Source of the DNA: a virus
Lineage: Duplodnaviria > Caudoviricetes
DNA: 64,000 nucleotides
Reading direction: 5' to 3' (one strand)
Virus record (IMG/VR): IMGVR_UViG_3300026549_000043
Coordinates: 1 to 64,000 of that record
Below the pieces are notes generated by a model. The model made no database searches. It saw only the letters and a program-made list of their open reading frames with translations, and was not told where the DNA came from. The translations under genes and the position numbers were made by a program. Shown one piece after another: positions 44,917-52,716 of the stretch. The first letter of the stretch is position 1, and the number at the start of each line of letters is the position of its first letter.

Positions 44917-45265
44917 AATTTTATATAATGAATTAAATAAAGTTACGGCTACTAAAATAGATTTTAAACCAGGAGATACTAAGATCTTTATACCAAGAAG
45001 TATAAAGATCTTAAATACTTCTTTGAAAAAAGGCGAAGTATATAGGATAAAATTAAAAAGTTTTATTCTAAATCCATCATCAGGTTCTACCTTAGCTTCT
45101 AATTGGAATAATGGTATCATTCCTAAGTATTCTGAATATTTAGTAGAAATTCTAGATGGGATGGCCAATATGATTAAAGTTAAGGGCGTAGCAGTTGATG
45201 ATGAGACCAGTTTATTTATAGGGTGGTTACCTATGGATGGATTTGAAACTTTATCTAAAGAATAG
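44879..45265 (+). CDS. Hypothetical protein
   Basis: ORF in operon. Confidence 0.45.
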   Translation: MYTLLRIKPIMNKILYNELNKVTATKIDFKPGDTKIFIPRSIKILNTSLKKGEVYRIKLKSFILNPSSGSTLASNWNNGIIPKYSEYLVEILDGMANMIKVKGVAVDDETSLFIGWLPMDGFETLSKE

Positions 45266-45313
45266 TTTAAATTTATTAAAAGTTATCCTATTATAATTAA
45301 GTGAGGTAAATAA

Positions 45314-45496
45314 ATGAGATTCTATGTTTTATTTAATAAAAACAAAATGTTATTTTTTAATTCTGTTTTTGAATCTGAGAGAAAAGCTTTAGAATTAGAA
45401 AAAAATCCAAAGATTTATTATTTAGAATATGGAATTGTTAATTACGATGGTTGGATAAATTCCATTATAGCAGTACTTAAATGTGAGGAGAATTAA
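45314..45496 (+). CDS. Hypothetical protein
   Basis: SD GAGGT. Confidence 0.4.
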   Translation: MRFYVLFNKNKMLFFNSVFESERKALELEKNPKIYYLEYGIVNYDGWINSIIAVLKCEEN

Positions 45497-46506
45497 TGAG
45501 CATTTCTTTATCAATTAAATATAGGCCAACTGATTTTGATCAAGTTGTTTTCCAAGAGCCTGTGATTAAAATTTTAAATCAACAGATACAAACAAATTCC
45601 TTTGTAAATTGTTATATGTTTGTGGGACCATCTGGTTGTGGGAAGACTACTATGGCTAGAATTATGGCAAATAAAATAAATAAAGGACTAGGGAGTCCAA
45701 TTGAAATCGACGCTGCTAGTAATAATGGTGTTGATAATGTAAGATTGATTATAGAACAAGCCGATCAAAGATCTCTTGATTCTGAATATAAAATCTACAT
45801 TATCGATGAATGTCATATGCTTACTACTCAGGCCTGGAGTGCTTTATTAAAGTTAATTGAAGAGCCTCCAAAGTATACTATTTTTATGTTCTGTACTACT
45901 GAAATCCAAAAGGTACCTGAAACTATAAAAAATAGATGCCAGCAGTTTAAGCTAAAGAGAATACCTCTTAATCTGATAAAAGATAGACTAGAACATATTT
46001 GTAAAATAGAGAAAATAAATTATTCAGATGAAGGACTAGACCAGATATCTAAATTATCTCTGGGAAGTATGAGGCAAGCTATTTCTTATTTAGATAAGTG
46101 CAAGGATTATTCTGATAAAGTAGACCTTGAAAATACTTTGCAGGTCTTAGGTAATTTCAGTTACGATATTTATTTTAGATTAATAAATGCTATTATTGAT
46201 AAGAATAAGAATGAGATTATTACAGTAATTGAAACTTTATATAATAATGGTGATGATTTAAAATTATTTATAGATTTATTATTAGATTTTACATTAGATT
46301 TAACTAAGTTTATTATTTTTAAATCATATGATATTATTAAAATACCTCAAACGTATAAGAAAGAAATAGAATATACAATCAACGTAGAAAATCCAGGAAA
46401 ATATTATAATCATTTGATTGATAAAATTCTAGAATTAAAACAATTAATTAAAAATGATACCCTGGATAAAACTTCAATTGAAGTATTTCTATTATCAAGA
46501 ATTTAA
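45496..46506 (+). CDS. dnaX: Clamp loader gamma/tau subunit
   Basis: KYRP, GPSGCGKT, EIDAASNNGVD, IIDECHML, EEPP. Confidence 0.93.
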   Translation: MSISLSIKYRPTDFDQVVFQEPVIKILNQQIQTNSFVNCYMFVGPSGCGKTTMARIMANKINKGLGSPIEIDAASNNGVDNVRLIIEQADQRSLDSEYKIYIIDECHMLTTQAWSALLKLIEEPPKYTIFMFCTTEIQKVPETIKNRCQQFKLKRIPLNLIKDRLEHICKIEKINYSDEGLDQISKLSLGSMRQAISYLDKCKDYSDKVDLENTLQVLGNFSYDIYFRLINAIIDKNKNEIITVIETLYNNGDDLKLFIDLLLDFTLDLTKFIIFKSYDIIKIPQTYKKEIEYTINVENPGKYYNHLIDKILELKQLIKNDTLDKTSIEVFLLSRI

Positions 46507-46520
46507 AGGAGTTGATTTAA

Positions 46521-46802
46521 ATGGCTGAATTTCGTAATTGTGAAGAATATGTATTAAATTTATTAAATGAATCTCAGAATGAAGTAGCCCACCAGGAAGA
46601 AGTTATTAGAGAACTTAATCAGAGGCTTGGTGAAATAATGGAATCTTTCCAGAAATTAAAAGATTTAATAGTTAGAAATAGTTCTTATCACGAAGGAATA
46701 AATTTTAACAGTTATATTTCATTTAACTCTTTAATTGAAGGATGGGATCCAGATTTCGATGAAATAATTAGGCTGGTACCTAAAATTCCTCAACCAAAAT
46801 AA
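46521..46802 (+). CDS. Hypothetical protein
   Basis: SD AAGGAG. Confidence 0.5.
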   Translation: MAEFRNCEEYVLNLLNESQNEVAHQEEVIRELNQRLGEIMESFQKLKDLIVRNSSYHEGINFNSYISFNSLIEGWDPDFDEIIRLVPKIPQPK

Positions 46803-46858
46803 TAGGTATTTTCGTTAATCTCCAGTTGTTGCTAAATTTAAAATAAGGAGATTATACT

Positions 46859-47053
46859 ATGAAAATTAAAGATTTATTCGAGTTGGTAGATGGTCTACCT
46901 AATTACATAAACGTTATCACTGATAAAGAAGATCATTTATATATTGGAGCTTATTCTAAAGCCCCAGAAGAAATAAAAGAATTAAAATTTACAAAAGCTA
47001 TATTAAATTATGATTCATGGGTAATTGTGGATCAAATATTATTCTATATTTAG
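46859..47053 (+). CDS. Hypothetical protein
   Basis: Late-type promoter motif and SD upstream. Confidence 0.45.
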   Translation: MKIKDLFELVDGLPNYINVITDKEDHLYIGAYSKAPEEIKELKFTKAILNYDSWVIVDQILFYI

Positions 47054-47099
47054 TTTATATTTTACATTCCATAATGTATAATAATAATGTAATCAAAAA

Positions 47100-47360
47100 A
47101 AAGATGGGTCAAACTCTTCGGAGTCATTTATGAGGTAATCATATATCACATAACTGTAAGGTAATGCAGAAAACAAAGGTTTTAGAGGTGTGTCAAAATC
47201 TGGGGATAACAGTTTGTAATATGATTACATTTACAGGTACGAGTCTTCCTTGTCTAAACATTAGGCCGTGACCTTAAAGGAAATGCTACCCTGAGTTGCA
47301 ATATGGAAACTCTAAAGCTAGTGTGGCCACACGATCAGTTAGATCTCTGAATAAAAGATC
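47100..47360 (+). ncRNA. Structured non-coding leader RNA, unidentified
   Basis: cUUCGg hairpin 47113-47124; GTAATCATAT(47135)/ATATGATTAC(47219) rod; follows the promoter at 47051. Confidence 0.45.
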
Positions 47361-47365
47361 AACAT

Positions 47366-47463
47366 ACCTCGGTCTTACTGTCCGGTGACAGGAACGGTCT
47401 TCAAAATCGTAGGACACGGGTCCAACCGTGTTTATGAGGGCTCGACACCTTCCCGAGGTGCCA
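47366..47463 (+). tRNA. tRNA with UCA anticodon (UGA reader), tRNA-Sec-like scaffold, 7/5 fold
   Basis: ACCTCGG/CCGAGGT acceptor, G73-CCA; D arm CTGTC-CGGT-GACAG; anticodon loop CT-TCA-AA; 8-bp variable arm; T arm GAGGG/CCTTC. Confidence 0.85.
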
Positions 47464-47466
47464 TTT

Positions 47467-47541
47467 AGATCTTTGGTGTAATGGTAGCACAGCAGTCTCC
47501 AAAACTGTTAGGTGTGGGTTCAAGTCCTACAGGGTCTGCCA
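47467..47541 (+). tRNA. tRNA-Trp(CCA)
   Basis: Cloverleaf; anticodon CCA 47499-47501; GTTCAAGT T loop; GCCA end. Confidence 0.92.
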
Positions 47542-47544
47542 GTT

Positions 47545-48203
47545 TACTCTCACCATACACTGAACGTATGCGTAATAAAGGTTCTACACCGTTCCTAACG
47601 GGTAAATCCTAGCGAAAGCTAAAAACGGTGTTTTCTTTGACAATAAATCTGCAATATGGACTATGACAGGTACCACTTAAAAGTCATAGAGAGACTCACT
47701 GGACAGAAAACCAGTCTGACGACAGAACGTCAGAGACAAATACCACCAAAATAGGAATAGTAAATGGTTTGCAAGTATAGAGTCTAAGCAGATTTAGAAT
47801 AAACCGCAGGAAGTGTGTAGCGGTATAGTAAGTGTCAAACATCTTCTGGTAGGGTGCAGACTCATAACAAAGAATCAGCCACTATCGTCGAATCCTATAG
47901 CCCATGGCTCTAATGGACTATGCGTGAAAGCCTGAAAAGGATAAAAAGAGCCTGAAACGCTAGGTAAAAATGAAGGTATAGGCATCGAGCCAACATTCAA
48001 TTAGTTGCCAAGACCTTAAGAAATGTTAGAGGTCTGAAATCTCAAGATAAAACTGGTGGTGCAGCCTTGAGTAAGTAATGCGAAACGTGCCTTCTGGGGC
48101 TTGCATTGTGCAAGCGACCACCAATAGGGCGGGTGGTAAAACATAGGCCGACTTCCTTGCTTAGAACGCTGAACGTAGGCGTGGATGAAGAAAGACTAAG
48201 TAA
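47545..48203 (+). ncRNA. Large ornate structured RNA candidate A (~650 nt)
   Basis: Nested stems ACACCGTT/AACGGTGT, TTTGACA/TGTCAAA, TAAATCTGC/GCAGATTTA, CTATGAC/GTCATAG, CCTATA/TATAGG, GGCTCT/AGAGCC; GAAA tetraloops; GC-richer and non-coding. Confidence 0.65.
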
Positions 48204-48288
48204 CTTAACAGTGGTGGAATAGGTAGACACTGGGCAATGGTCGACTTGTCGAAGGAAATTATAAGGTGCAAATCCTTATCTGTTAAGA
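48204..48288 (+). ncRNA. tRNA-Leu-like element lacking a normal anticodon arm
   Basis: CTTAACAG/CTGTTAAG stem; Leu-type D arm GTGGAATAGGTAGACAC; T arm ATAAGG-TGCAAAT-CCTTAT. Confidence 0.6.
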
Positions 48289-48377
48289 TAGCTTACGAGT
48301 AACAAATAAACAAACTAGCCGTGGCGAGCTAGGTCGGTGAATATCGACTACAAGTGGTTCGACCCCACCGTAAGCTA
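48289..48377 (+). ncRNA. tRNA-like element with 8/4 (or 9/4) fold and no D stem
   Basis: (T)AGCTTACG/CGTAAGCT(A); T arm GTGG-TTCGACC-CCAC; CTAGC/GCTAG arm with an 8-nt loop; 6-bp variable arm. Confidence 0.6.
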
Positions 48378-48384
48378 TATCATA

Positions 48385-48875
48385 CGTCAGGAGATGTTGA
48401 TTTAAGTCCAACCACTCAGACTGGTTAGAGCCTGAACGAGTGTAGTTTAAGAAAAATCCTGACAAAGTGTTGGTAGACAAGCATTAAAAGTCACTAAGAC
48501 AATAGGAGCTGCGTACATGGTTAAATTGGTGGGTAAGACACCCATACCACAGCAGATGCGTGTGATTGAAACTGCACACCCAACACTATTTCGTTTGGCA
48601 GTGTTCGAGAATAACTGCACACAAAGGGTTCACGATGGTACCTTACTTCACAACCTAGAGCAGTAAAGAAATGCCACAATAGGGCAAAGTAAAGAGACTA
48701 AAGGTAAATCGTTGTAAAAATGGTGATGAAATTGTTGCTCGTCTACGCGCGTAGAAAGAGTATCAGGAGCGTTTAGGCGTTCCTTGCAGTAGCAAATGGC
48801 CTCACGTACAGTACAGTTGGTCAACAGGTAGTAATGGTGCTGCCTGACCAGTGTTGGTTAGCAAAGCTGTACTTT
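48385..48875 (+). ncRNA. Large structured RNA candidate B (~490 nt)
   Basis: Stems GTCAGGA/TCCTGAC, AGTGTTGG/CCAACACT, AGGAGCG/CGTTCCT, AGTACAG/CTGTACT, CAGGTAGTA/TGCTGCCTG. Confidence 0.6.
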
Positions 48876-48880
48876 AACAT

Positions 48881-48951
48881 TTCTCCGTCGTCTAATGGCA
48901 GGACATCTCACTTTGACTGAGACAATAGTTGTTCAACTCAACTCGGAGAAG
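48881..48951 (+). tRNA. tRNA-Gln(UUG)
   Basis: TTCTCCG/CGGAGAA; TCTCA-CTTTGAC-TGAGA; no encoded CCA. Confidence 0.85.
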
Positions 48952-48952
48952 C

Positions 48953-49026
48953 GCCGGATTAGTATAAAAGTATTACACCTGTCTTGTAAACAGGATAAAG
49001 CGGGGCAGTACCGTTATCCGGCCCCA
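48953..49026 (+). tRNA. tRNA-Thr(UGU)
   Basis: GCCGGAT/ATCCGGC, CCA; CCTGT-CTTGTAA-ACAGG; atypical T loop GGCAGTA. Confidence 0.8.
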
Positions 49027-49045
49027 CTAGAAAAGGAGATTCACT

Positions 49046-49255
49046 ATTAAAGACAAGATTAGAGTATCTGGCACAATCATAGATGTCTTGCCAGGAGATA
49101 AGTTCAAGATTCTTTTATCTAATGAGAGTGAAGTCATTGGGTATTTGTCTGGTAAGATAAGAAAGAATAGGATTAAAATTGTTGAAGGAGATTCTGTAGA
49201 CATAGAATTGTCTATTTATGACTTGTCTAAAGGTAGAATAGTATATAGGAATTAA
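49046..49255 (+). CDS. infA: Translation initiation factor IF-1 (ATT start; absent from the ORF track)
   Basis: KDKIRVSGTIIDVLPGDKFKILL...LSGKIRKNRIKIVEGDSVDIELSIYDLSKGRIVYR; SD AAGGAG 7 nt before ATT. Confidence 0.92.
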   Translation: MKDKIRVSGTIIDVLPGDKFKILLSNESEVIGYLSGKIRKNRIKIVEGDSVDIELSIYDLSKGRIVYRN

Positions 49256-49257
49256 AT

Positions 49258-49500
49258 ATGGAAAAATTAGGGATAGATTTAATTAATAAGGTTACGGAGT
49301 TTATAGATGATTCAGATGATGACGAAGCCGTTGAATTAGTTTCTACTTTATATATGATGTTGGTAGAAGTATCTAGTTCAGCTACGATTCTTACTGTTGA
49401 AAATAGACTTTTAAACCGAGAACTCGAAGATTATTATGATGAAGAAGAAATTAATGAATTAAATGAAAAGATTAAATCCGATAGTAACTTAGTTTCATAA
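49258..49500 (+). CDS. Hypothetical acidic protein
   Basis: ORF in operon. Confidence 0.45.
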   Translation: MEKLGIDLINKVTEFIDDSDDDEAVELVSTLYMMLVEVSSSATILTVENRLLNRELEDYYDEEEINELNEKIKSDSNLVS

Positions 49501-49781
49501 TGGAAAATGATATTAAAGAATTTATTTTAAGAAGGTTCAACAACGATAGTAATTGGTTAAACGGTAATTGCTTATGGTTTTCATTAATTTTAAGTCTTCG
49601 TTTTCCAGGTGGGAATATATATTACCTCCCAGTAGATGGTCACTTTGTTTATGAATATAATTCAAAATACTATGATTGGTCAGGTGAAATATCTTGCCCA
49701 GAAAACAAATTAAAACTTAATGATCTGAAAGAATTAGATCCAACTTGATATAACAGATTAATCCGAGACTGTTTTTTATAA
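49500..49781 (+). CDS. Hypothetical protein with GNC...H...YD motif (TGA=Trp at 49746)
   Basis: NGNCLWF, GHFV, YYDWSG. Confidence 0.55.
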
Positions 49782-49826
49782 ATAGGGTAATAGTTTACTC
49801 TATTTTTATTTTAAGGTATAATATTT

Positions 49827-50015
49827 ATGATGGATGGATCAATAGTTAAATTTAAAGGAAAATATGGAATTATAAGAATTAAATCTAAGATTATTAATCA
49901 ATATGGTTATAAAAGTTTAAATAATGTTTATTTAGAAGATGGTAGTACTAGAATGTGTAGAGATGATGAATTAGAGGTATTAAATAATGATAGGACAAAA
50001 GAAGTTGAAGAATAA
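49827..50015 (+). CDS. Small hypothetical protein
   Basis: Lies behind the promoter at 49791. Confidence 0.4.
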   Translation: MMDGSIVKFKGKYGIIRIKSKIINQYGYKSLNNVYLEDGSTRMCRDDELEVLNNDRTKEVEE

Positions 50016-50766
50016 GATTGATACTTTTACTATTAACAATTTTCCTCACTCAGTTTTATTATTAGGCGAATATGGCTCTGAAAAAGAAGAAATCTGTGAA
50101 TATATCTCATTGAAGTTAGATATACCTACTTATGATATTACTAATCTAATCTCAGAGGAATATATTCATGATATATACTCAATGTTAAATTATGGGATTT
50201 ATATAATAAACTCTAATGAGATATCTGAGAGAGAGCAGAATATTTTATTAAAATTTTTTGAAGAGCCTAATCAATATATTTATATTATTTTATCGGCTGA
50301 AAGTAAAGCTAATTTATTAGATACTATTATCACTCGAAGTTATGAGATGAAGTTAGATAAATATTCTAAAGAAGAATTAATTCCTTTATGTAAAAATGAA
50401 TTAATCGATTTAGAACTAGAGCTAGCTAGTACTCCAGGGATGGTAGAGGAATTAAACCATTTAGATTTAAAGGCTTTAAATACTCTATGTGAAAACATAG
50501 TTAATAAATTATCGGTAGCTAACTATCAAAATACTCTTACTATAACAAATAAGATTAACTTTAAGGATGAATATGATAAATTCCCTCTGTGGGCCTTTGT
50601 TAAAGAATTAAGTAATGTTATTCTTAGATACATTTTAATCAATAACGAAATTAACCCGAACCTCTATTGGTTAATCAGTGATTTTAGAAAAAATTATATT
50701 TTCATGAATGACAAAAAAAGATATTTTGAAAATTTACTAACTAGAATGTGGTTGGAGGTTAGATAG
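49987..50766 (+). CDS. holB: Clamp loader delta-prime subunit
   Basis: MIGQ, PHSVLLLG, QNILLKFFEEP, LLDTIITRS; degenerate Walker A. Confidence 0.8.
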   Translation: MIGQKKLKNKIDTFTINNFPHSVLLLGEYGSEKEEICEYISLKLDIPTYDITNLISEEYIHDIYSMLNYGIYIINSNEISEREQNILLKFFEEPNQYIYIILSAESKANLLDTIITRSYEMKLDKYSKEELIPLCKNELIDLELELASTPGMVEELNHLDLKALNTLCENIVNKLSVANYQNTLTITNKINFKDEYDKFPLWAFVKELSNVILRYILINNEINPNLYWLISDFRKNYIFMNDKKRYFENLLTRMWLEVR

Positions 50767-50770
50767 TATA

Positions 50771-51670
50771 GTGGAAATTAGAGAATTGAAAGAAATTATA
50801 TCCAATAATTCTATTAATTTAAATCCAACGATGGTATGGCTGTTAGAAGATTATTCTAGTTGGTTTATAGCTAAGCAGTATATTAATGAGATATCAAAGA
50901 ATAAAAACTTATTAATAAGATATGTTTCTTCATTGGAAGAAATCCCTGAAGATAGTTTATTACCTGATAATCATTTATATATTTATAAAATTGAAGAATT
51001 AAAAACTTATGAATCAAAAAATAATTTAATTATTGTTTGCGAGAAAAGTAATTATAAAGAATCTATTAAGATCCCACATCTAGAGGGGTGGCAGTTTATA
51101 GATTATATAAAGACTTTAGTACCTGGAGTTAACTATAATGATCTAGAATGGTTATTAACTCAGTACGAATATACCTATGATAGAGTTACTACGGTAAGAT
51201 ATTTTAGATTTTTAAATGACATTAAAAAAATTTCAATTTTCCCTGAAGATCAGCAAGAAAAAATATTTAATGAATTATATCTTTCTGGAGAATACGATGA
51301 TGTATCAAATTTAACAATCTTTGATTTATCAAATTCTATTATGAAAAGAGACCCTAAGGTAGCTTTAGAAGTTTTAAAAGTATTCCCCTATATTGATTCA
51401 AAGCCCGACGTATGGTTATTGAGTATATTACTAAATAATTTTAAAAAAGTGATTGATATTCAATTTAATCCAGGATTCAATGCTGATGATCTAGGGCTTT
51501 CAGATAAACAGTACTATGCTGTAAAGAAAAATAATGTTGGTGTATATTCTAATGATAGGTTAATATCAATATATGAGATGTTAACCAATTGTGAATTTTT
51601 ATATAAATTTGGTGGACTATCTACTAACCAATTAGTAGATTATATGATTTGTAAAATCTTTGGTGAATAG
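50771..51670 (+). CDS. holA: Clamp loader delta subunit
   Basis: NDIKKI, IFDLSNSI and C-terminal collar pattern; adjacent to holB. Confidence 0.6.
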   Translation: MEIRELKEIISNNSINLNPTMVWLLEDYSSWFIAKQYINEISKNKNLLIRYVSSLEEIPEDSLLPDNHLYIYKIEELKTYESKNNLIIVCEKSNYKESIKIPHLEGWQFIDYIKTLVPGVNYNDLEWLLTQYEYTYDRVTTVRYFRFLNDIKKISIFPEDQQEKIFNELYLSGEYDDVSNLTIFDLSNSIMKRDPKVALEVLKVFPYIDSKPDVWLLSILLNNFKKVIDIQFNPGFNADDLGLSDKQYYAVKKNNVGVYSNDRLISIYEMLTNCEFLYKFGGLSTNQLVDYMICKIFGE

Positions 51671-51673
51671 GCT

Positions 51674-52711
51674 ATGAAAAAGTTTCTTATATATTCTGAT
51701 TGTCATTTTTCACAATATTCTAGTATTGTAAGGTCTATGGGTAATAAATATTCTAAAAGGCTACACAACTTAATAAATTCTATCTCTTGGGCTGAACATC
51801 TAGCTGATGAATTAAATTGTGATGGAGTAATTAACCTGGGTGATTTTTTTGATAGGCCGGAATTGAACTCAATGGAAATTACAGCTTTACAAGATGTTTA
51901 TTTCAGTGATAAACCGCATATTATTCTAACCGGAAACCATGATGCAAATATATCTAATTTAGAATTTTCATCTGTTCAGATATTTAAATCCATGAGGGCT
52001 GAAATTATTACTGATATAACTAAAAAACCTATTAATGATAAAGTAGACTTTTATTTTATTCCATATTTAACTGAGGATAAAAAGATATCATTAAATGATT
52101 TAGCTTCAGGAAACAAAAAGAAAGTAATATTAACTCATAATGAAATATCTGGTATCAGGTATGGAAAATTTATTTCTCAATCAGGATTTAATATTAATGA
52201 CATATTAGATAATTGTACATTATTTTTGAATGGTCATTTACATAACGGGGGTATCATTGAAAATAAAATCATTTTGGTGGGTAATTTAACCGGGCAGAAT
52301 TTTAATGAAGACGCTACTAGGTATGATCATTATGCTTATGTTATGACCATTGGTGATGATGGATCTATTACTTTAGACCCATATATAAATCCACATGCTT
52401 TTAATTTTTATAAAATTTATATAAATAAAAAAGAAGATTTAAACATCTTGAATAATCTAAAAAATAATTCAGTATTATCAATCTCATGTAATAATAGATT
52501 AGTTACCGATGTCAACAAATTGTTAAATAACAATCCAAAGGTAGTAGAATATAGGTTAGTTACAATCTACAGTACTTTAAATCCAGAAAAAGAAGAATTG
52601 GTAGATTTTAAAGTAAGCGACCATTTACAACAATTTATTGATTATGTTCAAACAAAGATTTCTCCTTCAGATATTTTATCAGAAGAATTAGCCAAACTTA
52701 GCAGTATGTAA
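51674..52711 (+). CDS. sbcD: SbcD/Mre11 nuclease
   Basis: SDCH, LGDFFD, GNHD, GHLH. Confidence 0.9.
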   Translation: MKKFLIYSDCHFSQYSSIVRSMGNKYSKRLHNLINSISWAEHLADELNCDGVINLGDFFDRPELNSMEITALQDVYFSDKPHIILTGNHDANISNLEFSSVQIFKSMRAEIITDITKKPINDKVDFYFIPYLTEDKKISLNDLASGNKKKVILTHNEISGIRYGKFISQSGFNINDILDNCTLFLNGHLHNGGIIENKIILVGNLTGQNFNEDATRYDHYAYVMTIGDDGSITLDPYINPHAFNFYKIYINKKEDLNILNNLKNNSVLSISCNNRLVTDVNKLLNNNPKVVEYRLVTIYSTLNPEKEELVDFKVSDHLQQFIDYVQTKISPSDILSEELAKLSSM

Positions 52712-52716
52712 GGTAG

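Noticed and set aside
47690-47745. Hammerhead ribozyme at CTGACGA
   Set aside because: No stem II followed by GAAA and a matching stem III; CTGACG pairs with CGTCAG instead.
47100-49026. tmRNA, RNase P RNA, group II intron or CRISPR array
   Set aside because: No GAGGAAAGUCC, tmRNA ends, domain V or regular repeats were found by eye.
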